32,000 bases of DNA. It comes from Candidatus Arthromitus sp. SFB-mouse-Japan (lineage in GTDB: Bacteria; Bacillota; Clostridia; Clostridiales; Clostridiaceae). Positions 9,546 through 17,472 of this stretch are shown one piece after another (the stretch's first letter is position 1; each line of letters starts with the position of its first letter). The notes beneath the pieces were generated by a model. That model made no database searches. It was given only the letters and a program-made list of their open reading frames with translations, and had not been told where the DNA came from. A program made the translations under genes and the position numbers. Location: positions 990,001 through 1,022,000 of the forward strand of contig NC_015913.1 of the NCBI RefSeq assembly GCF_000270205.1, in the 5' to 3' direction.

Positions 9546-9698
9546 AAATTTTCACTTTCTAACAATCACTTACCCTTAAAACTATTATTAAAATAATTTA
9601 AAACTAAAATTTATAACTTAATTTGTAGCTCGTCGAGGAGGGTGTAACCACCACAAAATATAACAATTAAAAACTGCTATTCCTCTATATATAACTTG

Positions 9699-9875
9699 CT
9701 ATTTAAACTTTCTCTTTCTTGCGGCTTCAGATTTTTTCTTTCTTTTAACACTTGGTTTAACGTAATGTTCTCTCTTTTTAACCTCAGATAAAACCCCAGC
9801 TCTTGCACACTTTCTTTTGAATCTTTTTAATGCACTTTCCAAAGACTCATTTTCTCCAACTTTTATTTCAGACAT
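9699..9875 (-). CDS. rpsU: 30S ribosomal protein S21
   Basis: [58 protein letters not shown] (58 aa). Tandem SD GGAGGGAGGG lies 6 nt upstream of the ATG at 9875. The track's 11-codon 5' extension is rejected. Confidence 0.95.
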   Translation of the reverse strand: MSEIKVGENESLESALKRFKRKCARAGVLSEVKKREHYVKPSVKRKKKSEAARKRKFK

Positions 9876-9945
9876 ATATTTCCCTCCCTCCGCTAGTACA
9901 AAATACAAACCTTATACTCATTTTGGGTTAGCGATTTCATCTAGA

Positions 9946-9974
9946 ATTATACAATAAATAATTTTTTATGTCAA
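9946..9974 (-). promoter_or_regulatory. Consensus sigmaA-type promoter for rpsU
   Basis: Minus strand reads TTGACA (9974-9969), a 17-nt spacer, then TATAAT (9951-9946). Both hexamers match consensus perfectly. About 65-nt leader to the rpsU ATG. Confidence 0.7.
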
Positions 9975-10077
9975 TAAAGAAAACTTCAAGTATAAAGCAC
10001 TTCTCAAAACTAATTTAAATGATTTTATCATAGTTAATTATGTACTTTTTTTTAATTAATTATTACATTTTATTAAA

Positions 10078-11205
10078 TTAATTTTGTGAATTTAAAATAT
10101 CCATTGGATTAAATTTATATATAGCTGACGGATCAGAAAATATAAAATAAAACTCTTTGGATCCATCAACAATATATTTTGCAACATTTACTCCCTCAAC
10201 ATTTGAAACATTTCTTGTTCTTCCAAGTTTTACAATTATATCAAAGAAAGTCATACCTTGTTTTATTTCCGATAGCTGTGATGAATTTATTGCTCTAATT
10301 TTGTTTTGTTTTGTTAATAATTCAGAATAAAATAAATTTAAATCAATTTTCTTAAAAATTATATTCATTCCTTTAATTCTATCTAAAAATTCTGTATTAT
10401 CAGCAATATTTAAAACTATATTAACCATCCTTTGTGATGTTTTATCTTTTTGATATAGAGAAATCCAATAATTAAGTCCATCAGAATCAGCTTCTCTATT
10501 AAATAAAACCTGATATATTTCACTAATGAATTGTCTATCAGAAAGGTTCCTAGACTTAAATTCATCTAATTTTATAAATTCATTTATTAAATCTATCGCC
10601 CCCTTACTTTGAGACGTCAATTGATTTTTCCAATAATTAAACCCTTCATAATCATAATCTCTTCCTAAAAGATATGTATATGCATCACTTATAAACTCAT
10701 CAAGATCACTACGCTTTTCAGGTTCAACTGTAGGCTCTTGCTTATACTTCTTAAATAAAATCCCCAAATTATTTATTTCACCCATGAATTCTTCACTATG
10801 AGCCATTTCATTAATTAGACTTAGCCTTTCATTTTTAGATGTATTGTCTCCTAGAATACCAGACCAATATTCAAATCCCTCTTGATCAGCTTCTCTATTT
10901 AATAATAACTCATAATTTTTATTTATAAACTCCTCATTAGATATATTAAGTTCTTCAAATTCTGGCTGATCCAAAATTTGATTTAATAAATCTAATACAC
11001 CTATATTTTCATCCAACACTTGATTAATCCAATAATTTTTTCCCTCTTCATCAGCCTCTCTATTAAATATTATTCCATAGATATTCCCTACGAATTTGTC
11101 TAAATAATCTTCTTTTGTTTGTGCAAAAGAGACAGCTGATCCTAAGCAAATCGATATTGACAACAAACTACCAAAAATAATTTTTTTAATATTATTCTTC
11201 TTCAT
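10078..11205 (-). CDS. Secreted protein with four DUF4214-type repeats plus an uncharacterised C-terminal domain
   Basis: Signal peptide MKKNNIKKIIFGSLLSISICLGSAVSFA|QT. Four copies of the pattern F(V/I)xxxYxxx(F/L)(N/G)R(E/D)xDxxGxxYWxxxL...EF (FNREADEEGKNYW, LNREADQEGFEYW, LGRDYDYEGFNYW, FNREADSDGLNYW). AAAGGA lies 7 nt upstream of the ATG at 11205, so the TTG at 11220 is rejected. Confidence 0.75.
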   Translation of the reverse strand: MKKNNIKKIIFGSLLSISICLGSAVSFAQTKEDYLDKFVGNIYGIIFNREADEEGKNYWINQVLDENIGVLDLLNQILDQPEFEELNISNEEFINKNYELLLNREADQEGFEYWSGILGDNTSKNERLSLINEMAHSEEFMGEINNLGILFKKYKQEPTVEPEKRSDLDEFISDAYTYLLGRDYDYEGFNYWKNQLTSQSKGAIDLINEFIKLDEFKSRNLSDRQFISEIYQVLFNREADSDGLNYWISLYQKDKTSQRMVNIVLNIADNTEFLDRIKGMNIIFKKIDLNLFYSELLTKQNKIRAINSSQLSEIKQGMTFFDIIVKLGRTRNVSNVEGVNVAKYIVDGSKEFYFIFSDPSAIYKFNPMDILNSQN

Positions 11206-11232
11206 ATTAAATCCTTTCAAACTTAAAGTCTA

Positions 11233-11574
11233 TTAACAAAATGTTGGTGAAAGCTCTTCTCCTCCGACAATATGAAAATGCAAATGCTTTACAGATTGAA
11301 ATGCATGTCCGCCACAATTATTTACAATTCTATATCCTGTTTCATCTATATTAAGAAGCTTAACTATCTTACCTATAGCTGAAAAAATATGCTCAATATA
11401 TGAAATATTTTTCTCATCAATATCATTTAAACTTTGAATATGTATCTTAGGAATTACAAGTACATGATTAGTTGCAGAAGGATAAATGTCCTCAAACGCA
11501 ATTACAAAACTATCTTCATAGATTATCTTACACGGTACTTCACCCTGAATTATTTTACAAAATATACATTCCAT
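11233..11574 (-). CDS. HIT (histidine triad) family nucleotide hydrolase
   Basis: 113 aa with the histidine triad HLHFHIVGG near the C-terminus and the N-terminal CIFCKI motif. Confidence 0.9.
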   Translation of the reverse strand: MECIFCKIIQGEVPCKIIYEDSFVIAFEDIYPSATNHVLVIPKIHIQSLNDIDEKNISYIEHIFSAIGKIVKLLNIDETGYRIVNNCGGHAFQSVKHLHFHIVGGEELSPTFC

Positions 11575-11588
11575 ATTTTTATATCCTC

Positions 11589-12893
11589 CTATTTTAAAGC
11601 TTGTCCGATAAGGTGATCATTTTCCAGATCAACAATTCGCGTCGAAACAATCTTCCCTAAATATTTCTTTTCATCATTTAAAACAACTTTTATATAATTT
11701 TTCGTATATCCATAAACTCCATTATTATCTGAAAGTTCTGTACAATACAACACATCTAAGGTTTGTCCTAAATATTTCTTCTGAAAATCAATCTTATTTA
11801 ATTTATTAAGATCTATAAGACTTTTACTTCTCTTCTCTTTTATATGGACATCAACCTGATTTTCCATTTCAGCTGCTTTTGTTCCATTTCTTTTACTGTA
11901 TTTAAATACATGCATATCTTGAAGCTTTATATTTTTTAAAAAATTATACGTTTCATTAAACTCATCATCAGTTTCACCTGGGAAGCCAACTATAATATCA
12001 GTAGTTATACTTACATCTTCAATCTCTCTTCTAAGATCTTCTACAACTTTCTTGTAAAGAGAAATATCATATTTTCTTCGCATTCTCTTCAATACTGAAT
12101 CACATCCACTTTGAAGTGATAAATGAAAATGCGGCATAAGTTTTTTTATCTTACTCATTCTCTCAACAATTTCTGTTGTAAAAAACTCCGGATCAACAGA
12201 ACCAACTCTAATTCTTTCGAGTCCATCTATTTCATCAAGTAATTCTATCAAACTAACCAAATTAATATCTATACCTAAATCATCACCGTAAGAAGTTGTA
12301 TTAATACCAGTTAATACAACCTCTTTATATCCGTTACTAACTAATGATCTAACTTCATCAAAAATTTTGCGTGGCTCCTTGCTACAAACCCCTCCACGTG
12401 CAAATGGGATTATACAATATGTACAAAACTTATTACATCCATCCTGAATTTTAATAAATGCTCTATGTTTATCTTTTAGAGTTCTTATACTTCTATCTTC
12501 AAAACTTATATTCCTCAAAATATTATCATCAACTTTTATAACCTGTTTTCCTGTTTCCAAAAATAATCTTATGTAATATGGCAATTGACCCTTAAACCTA
12601 TTACCCAAAATGATATTTACATCCTTTATCTCTGATACTTCATCTTTAGAGACCTGTGGATAACAACCAACCATAGCAATAATAGCTTTTGGGTTGATTT
12701 TTTTACATTTGGATATAAACTGCCTTGACTTTTTATCACTTGTATTTGTAACCGTACAAGTATTAATACAATAAACATCTGCAAACTCATCATAAGAGAC
12801 AACCTCAAAATCGTCTTCTTTCAAAGCAGAAATCATAATTTCTGTATCATAAATATTAACCCTACAACCTAATGTAGAAATTGCAACCTTCAT
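11589..12893 (-). CDS. mtaB: tRNA t6A37 methylthiotransferase MtaB (MiaB-like radical SAM MTTase)
   Basis: 434 aa. N-terminal MTTase cysteines (GCRVN...NTCTVT...GC), radical-SAM CNKFCTYCIIP, and a TRAM-like C-terminus. Its position after prmA-rsmE matches B. subtilis yqeV. Confidence 0.85.
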   Translation of the reverse strand: MKVAISTLGCRVNIYDTEIMISALKEDDFEVVSYDEFADVYCINTCTVTNTSDKKSRQFISKCKKINPKAIIAMVGCYPQVSKDEVSEIKDVNIILGNRFKGQLPYYIRLFLETGKQVIKVDDNILRNISFEDRSIRTLKDKHRAFIKIQDGCNKFCTYCIIPFARGGVCSKEPRKIFDEVRSLVSNGYKEVVLTGINTTSYGDDLGIDINLVSLIELLDEIDGLERIRVGSVDPEFFTTEIVERMSKIKKLMPHFHLSLQSGCDSVLKRMRRKYDISLYKKVVEDLRREIEDVSITTDIIVGFPGETDDEFNETYNFLKNIKLQDMHVFKYSKRNGTKAAEMENQVDVHIKEKRSKSLIDLNKLNKIDFQKKYLGQTLDVLYCTELSDNNGVYGYTKNYIKVVLNDEKKYLGKIVSTRIVDLENDHLIGQALK

Positions 12894-12918
12894 TTTTTAT
12901 TCCTCTTAAATTTTTAAT

Positions 12919-13659
12919 TTATTTATCACCAAATTCATATTTTAATACAGATGAAATAAATATAGTCGCCGTTTCTGTTCGTAATATATTTTTACCTAAT
13001 CCAACGGATATACCACCCAAACTTCTTATAAAATCAACTTCATCTTCTTCAAATCCACCTTCAGGTCCTATAAATACACAAATATTTTTAATATCGTCTC
13101 TGTCAAAACTCCTTATAACCTCCTTCAAATTAAACTCTTCTTTTTCATAAGGAATCAATATTAAATCATACTTCTTTATTCCATCTTGATCTATATCCGA
13201 AAACTTAATTGGAAATTTTATTGTTGGAATTGTAGATATTCCACATTGTTTACAAGCTTCCTTAGAAATTTTATTTAATCTATCCCATTTAAACTTACTT
13301 ACATCAAGCTTACCATTAACTCTCCTAGTTAATAATGGTACTATTTCACGGATACCAATTTCTGTGAGTTTCTGAACAATAAACTCAAGTTTATCAGCTT
13401 TTGGATAACCTTGAAATATTGTTATATTAACTTTGATTTTATTAGTAATATCTATTTTATCTAATAATTTTACCTTACAAGTTTTAAGAGTTGTATCTAT
13501 AATTTCTGCCTCAAAACTTTGATCGTTAAAATTACTTATTATAAATCTATCTCCAAGCCTTAATCTAAGCACTTTCAAAATATGTTTTGCTTCTTGATCA
13601 TCAATTGACAAAATATTATTACCTTCTATAAATTCAAAATCTGTAAAAAATCTCCGCAT
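12919..13659 (-). CDS. rsmE: 16S rRNA (uracil1498-N3)-methyltransferase RsmE
   Basis: 246 aa. MRRFF N-terminus with a PUA-like region and a C-terminal GPEGGF(EEDE) SPOUT motif. Conserved prmA-rsmE-mtaB order. Confidence 0.85.
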   Translation of the reverse strand: MRRFFTDFEFIEGNNILSIDDQEAKHILKVLRLRLGDRFIISNFNDQSFEAEIIDTTLKTCKVKLLDKIDITNKIKVNITIFQGYPKADKLEFIVQKLTEIGIREIVPLLTRRVNGKLDVSKFKWDRLNKISKEACKQCGISTIPTIKFPIKFSDIDQDGIKKYDLILIPYEKEEFNLKEVIRSFDRDDIKNICVFIGPEGGFEEDEVDFIRSLGGISVGLGKNILRTETATIFISSVLKYEFGDK

Positions 13660-13680
13660 TTTAAATACCTCACATTTGAA

Positions 13681-14616
13681 TTATACCATATTTCCTTTAA
13701 TTTTCACAGCAAAAGCATACCATCCATTCTCTTTGCTTTCATTTATAATTTCCATATTGTATTTTAATAAACTATTTTTAATAAGATTGACCTTACTATC
13801 AATTATACCTGATATAATAAAAATACCATCCTCATTAAGAACCTTTGTAACATCAGGTATCAAATCACAGATTATTTCTGCAATTATATTGGAAACAATG
13901 ATATCTCCCTTTTCATTCATATTATCTAAAAGATTTCCCTCAATAATTTCAATATTCGAAATATTATTCAACTTAACATTATACTTTGCCGCACTAACAG
14001 AAACTTTATCAAGATCAATTGCAATAACTTTACGTGCATTTAATTTAGCTGCCAAAATTCCAAGAATACCTGACCCAGTACCAACATCATAAACAAAATA
14101 ATCATCCTTCATATATTTACACATCATCTGAATACATAGTTTAGTTGTTTCATGTGTACCAGTCCCAAATGCCATACCTGGATCTATATTTATCAAAATT
14201 TCATCATTAAGCCTCTCATAATTTTCCCATTCAGGTTTAATAACAACTCTATTATCAATCTTAAAGGTATGATAATATTTTTTCCAATTATTAGCCCAAT
14301 CTTCTTCAAGAACTTCTTGAGTTTCAATAAAACAATCTATATTTTCATATCGAATCATCGACTTTATAATATCTAAGAATTCAGTAACATTTTCTTTTTC
14401 ACTTATATAATACCTAACAACACAAATTTCTTTTCCATCTACAAGAATCTCGTCTTCATTAAAATAAGTATCTAAATTTAAATTATTTTCTTCATATAAA
14501 TGTCTCGGATCCTCCACATATAATTCAAATCTTCCAAGCTTATAAAAAATATTTTCAATATTCTCCAAATTATCTATATTAACTTTAATTTTAATCTCTA
14601 CGTAACTATTATCCAT
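13681..14616 (-). CDS. prmA: Ribosomal protein L11 methyltransferase PrmA
   Basis: SAM motif DVGTGSGILGILAAKLNARKVIAIDLD and PGMAFGTGTHETT. GGAGG lies 5 nt upstream of the ATG at 14616 (MDNSYVEIK...), so the TTG at 14628 is rejected. Confidence 0.9.
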   Translation of the reverse strand: MDNSYVEIKIKVNIDNLENIENIFYKLGRFELYVEDPRHLYEENNLNLDTYFNEDEILVDGKEICVVRYYISEKENVTEFLDIIKSMIRYENIDCFIETQEVLEEDWANNWKKYYHTFKIDNRVVIKPEWENYERLNDEILINIDPGMAFGTGTHETTKLCIQMMCKYMKDDYFVYDVGTGSGILGILAAKLNARKVIAIDLDKVSVSAAKYNVKLNNISNIEIIEGNLLDNMNEKGDIIVSNIIAEIICDLIPDVTKVLNEDGIFIISGIIDSKVNLIKNSLLKYNMEIINESKENGWYAFAVKIKGNMV

Positions 14617-14648
14617 TATTTCCTCCAAACCAAAACGTTATTTTTTAG

Positions 14649-14678
14649 ATTATAACACCTAAATTAAACAAATTTCCA
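14649..14678 (-). promoter_or_regulatory. Candidate extended -10 promoter for prmA-rsmE-mtaB-HIT-DUF4214
   Basis: Minus strand TGtTATAAT (14657-14649) with a weak -35 TGGAAA 18 nt upstream. About 25 nt upstream of the prmA SD. Confidence 0.4.
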
Positions 14679-14709
14679 TTACATAAATAAAACTTTAAAA
14701 TACAAACTG

Positions 14710-14718
14710 TGGTATAAT
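14710..14718 (+). promoter_or_regulatory. Candidate extended -10 promoter for the HIRAN-like gene
   Basis: TGgTATAAT at 14710-14718. No good -35 was found. About 20 nt upstream of the SD GGGGGA. Confidence 0.4.
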
Positions 14719-14745
14719 TAGAATGCAAATAATTTTGGGGGATAG

Positions 14746-15099
14746 ATGATGTATGACATTTATACTGCTGTAATACAAACCGGTTTTAACAAAGACCGAA
14801 AAATTCTTAACCTTAATGATGAAGTAATTTTACTTAAAGAACCTGAGAATAATTATGATGCAGAAGCTATAATTTGTGTTGTTCCTGCATTTGGAAAAAT
14901 TGGATATGTAATAAATAATTTTAAAGCTTTGCCCAAGGGATGTTTTAGTAGCGGCAGGATATACGATATATTTAAAATTGGTATTTTTGCAGAAGTAAAA
15001 TTTATAATAAATGATATTTCTATATTAAAATTAAATTTAGATAGCAGAAATATATTAAATGATATCTATAAAACATCTTCTCCATCAAATTTAATATAA
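14746..15099 (+). CDS. Small stand-alone HIRAN-like domain protein
   Basis: 117 aa. ...NLNDEVILLKEPENNYDAEAIICVVPAFGKIGYVINN... matches the HIRAN core pattern as I recall it (Gd.V.L.rEP.NpyD.nAI.V....g..iGYv). SD GGGGGA spacing favours the second ATG (14749). Confidence 0.5.
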   Translation: MMYDIYTAVIQTGFNKDRKILNLNDEVILLKEPENNYDAEAIICVVPAFGKIGYVINNFKALPKGCFSSGRIYDIFKIGIFAEVKFIINDISILKLNLDSRNILNDIYKTSSPSNLI

Positions 15100-15107
15100 A
15101 AATAGTT

Positions 15108-15143
15108 AAAGCCACTTTTTAAGTTAAACTTAAAAGTGGCTTT
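15108..15143. terminator. Bidirectional terminator between the convergent HIRAN-like and dynamin-like genes
   Basis: AAAGCCACTTTTTAAG-ttaaa-CTTAAAAGTGGCTTT, a roughly 15-bp stem with one bulged T. Flanked by A-runs upstream and T-runs downstream on both strands. Lies 9 nt after one stop and 7 nt after the other. Confidence 0.75.
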
Positions 15144-15149
15144 AATTTC

Positions 15150-17387
15150 CTAAACAAGCAATATGTTATTATTTTTCAATTCGATTGGTTTATCTGGATT
15201 AAACTCTATACTCTTTTCACCAATATAAATAGTCTTAAACTTTATACTATTAAGATCTTTCCTAAATCCAATAAATTTTTTCCTGAATGCATCAATATTT
15301 TTAAGTTCAATTTTTCTCTTTTCTTTATTAATTTTCATATTTTTAATAAGTCTACCTATTCTTTTATCAAGTTTCTTTATATACTTGGATAATTGTTTTT
15401 CTACACTCAAAACACTATTTTCTATCAACTCATCAACATTCTTAAATATCTCTTTCTTGATATTTTCAAAAACTTCATTAATCTTACCCAAAAAATTATC
15501 CTTAAACTCTGCAATATCAACTGAATAAATAATCCTCTCTCTTATCCTAGTACTTTTCAATTTTTTCATATAAAAATATAAAAGTCCAATACCTGCACCA
15601 AAAGTTGCACCAATAGCCGTTTCCAAAACAGAAAGATTTTTCCCAAGAATTCCTCCAACAGCACTACCTGCTACACTTGTGGCTGCCATTCCCAAACTAA
15701 AAGTAGAGGTACTAAACTCATCGCACTCCTTAACTTGACTCTGGGTTTCCGTTATATTCAACTCATTAAAATCAATATTACTCATACAAATATCATCAAA
15801 ATTATAAATTTGAAATTTAAACTTTATATGTTCATTTACATACTTATTAAACTCATCGCCGATTTTCCTAAAAGCTTCATTCAAATTTTTATTTATCTCT
15901 ATTTGAGTATTAAAAGATTCATTATAAATATGATCATTGACCTTATTTAGAGTAACATTTAAACTCTCCTTAATATTATTTTCTATAACATTAATTTTAT
16001 ATAATAAGTCATCTTTATTCTCAAATTCCAAAATATTTTTTACAGGTAACATTTCATTAACAATATTATCTAAATACTGAGACATCTCATCAAGCTTATC
16101 ATTAATAGTATTTTTTAAAATATTAAGAGAAACCTTAGGTATATTAATAACTTCAATAAATTCCTTTTTCAAATCATATAACTTACATTTAATATTTTCG
16201 ATCTTAGTAAAAGAAATATTATATTTATTATCTATAACCGATATATCATTATCAAGACTATTTATTATATCATTATTAATCGCAATAATTTTTTCAATCC
16301 CAGCCTCTAAACTTTCCTCAGCAAAAGTAGAAAATATACAATTCAAAATCTCCTCTTCTATTATCTCAATTCTACTTTCTTCCAACAATTTATCACAATA
16401 CTCAGAGGGTTCAAGTTTAAATTGCCTAATAGAACCATTTATCTCTATACTTTCCGTATACTTTGATCCATACAATCTATCAATTTCATCTAAAATTTCC
16501 TTTGACGCAAAATTATTTTTAACAATTCTAGCTAAAAGAGCCTGCCTTGCAGAAACATAATTAATATTGGGATTTTTTATACTAGGTATATACTCCTTAA
16601 TCATCTCTCTAGCTTTTTCAATGCAATCATCTATACTTTCATCCTTACTATTAAGCAAATCAATCTTATTAATAACAAAAAATATCTTATTTCTATCCCG
16701 TTCTATCAATTTTTCATTGCTAGAAATTAATTTCAAAATTTTCCCATTTATATCTGACATAAAATTCTGATAATCCAAAACAATAATAAGAGCATCAGAA
16801 TTTCTGAGTTCTTTAAAAGAAATTTTCTTAACATAATCCGTATTAAAGTTAGTTGTAGAAATCTCATCTAAACCAGGAGTATCTAATAAAACAAATTTAT
16901 TTATTACATCTCCATACTTGGAGGTCTTTATACCATTTATAGGGGTATGTAATAAATATCTTTCTATAGTTGAGTGAGTATTATTTTTCCTAACTTCTTT
17001 TATATCACTGTGAAACATTTGTTCCAAAGTAAACCTCTTATTAGATGTTATATTTTCAAAACTACCATCACTAAATTGCTTTTTTACATAATTACAATTC
17101 TCATTTGAATGAAAAATTTCTATAGTGGATATTGTACATGGTGCATTTTGATTTGGAAGTAAATCTCTTCCAATAAAAGCATTTAATATTGTAGATTTAC
17201 CAGATTTTATAGCCCCAACAACAGCGACTTTAAAAGTTTTTTGTGTTAAAATATACCTTATATTATTTAATGAAGTACTAAATTCATCATTTTCAATTAA
17301 TTCTTTATTAGAGGTTAACTCTAAATTAATATTATCAATTAAAGAAATAGCCTTCTTATATTTATCAATATACAAAACTAATTTCAC
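15150..17387 (-). CDS. Bacterial dynamin-like protein (BDLP-type large GTPase) with a hydrophobic, glycine-rich membrane paddle
   Basis: 745 aa. G1 GAIKSGKST (17216-17190), G3 DTPG (LLDTPGLDE), G4 NKID, then long helical stalk-like sequence. A paddle/hairpin follows: TFSLGMAATSVAGSAVGGILGKNLSVLETAIGATFGAGIGLLYFYM (about 15515-15665). The SD GAGGTG overlaps the GTG at 17387, so the real start is probably the TTG at 17375. Confidence 0.8.
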   Translation of the reverse strand: MKLVLYIDKYKKAISLIDNINLELTSNKELIENDEFSTSLNNIRYILTQKTFKVAVVGAIKSGKSTILNAFIGRDLLPNQNAPCTISTIEIFHSNENCNYVKKQFSDGSFENITSNKRFTLEQMFHSDIKEVRKNNTHSTIERYLLHTPINGIKTSKYGDVINKFVLLDTPGLDEISTTNFNTDYVKKISFKELRNSDALIIVLDYQNFMSDINGKILKLISSNEKLIERDRNKIFFVINKIDLLNSKDESIDDCIEKAREMIKEYIPSIKNPNINYVSARQALLARIVKNNFASKEILDEIDRLYGSKYTESIEINGSIRQFKLEPSEYCDKLLEESRIEIIEEEILNCIFSTFAEESLEAGIEKIIAINNDIINSLDNDISVIDNKYNISFTKIENIKCKLYDLKKEFIEVINIPKVSLNILKNTINDKLDEMSQYLDNIVNEMLPVKNILEFENKDDLLYKINVIENNIKESLNVTLNKVNDHIYNESFNTQIEINKNLNEAFRKIGDEFNKYVNEHIKFKFQIYNFDDICMSNIDFNELNITETQSQVKECDEFSTSTFSLGMAATSVAGSAVGGILGKNLSVLETAIGATFGAGIGLLYFYMKKLKSTRIRERIIYSVDIAEFKDNFLGKINEVFENIKKEIFKNVDELIENSVLSVEKQLSKYIKKLDKRIGRLIKNMKINKEKRKIELKNIDAFRKKFIGFRKDLNSIKFKTIYIGEKSIEFNPDKPIELKNNNILLV

Positions 17388-17413
17388 CTCAAAAATGGAA
17401 TATTTTTACAACC

Positions 17414-17442
17414 ATTATAATATATACAACTTATTTTTTAAA
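17414..17442 (-). promoter_or_regulatory. Candidate sigmaA promoter for the dynamin-like gene
   Basis: Minus strand TTTAAA (17442-17437), 17 nt, TATAAT (17419-14). The -10 lies in the palindrome ATTATAAT (17414-17421), which also reads TATAAT on the plus strand toward rarA. Confidence 0.4.
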
Positions 17443-17472
17443 TATATTTTTTATTTTTGTTTGGAGGATAAC

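Noticed and set aside
9604-9666. 20-codon minus-strand ORF (TTG; MLYFVVVTPSSTSYKLSYKF) covering the GC-rich element downstream of rpsU
   Set aside because: No SD at usable spacing (GAGGA is 14 nt away), a non-ATG start and a tiny size. The RNA-structure interpretation seems more likely.
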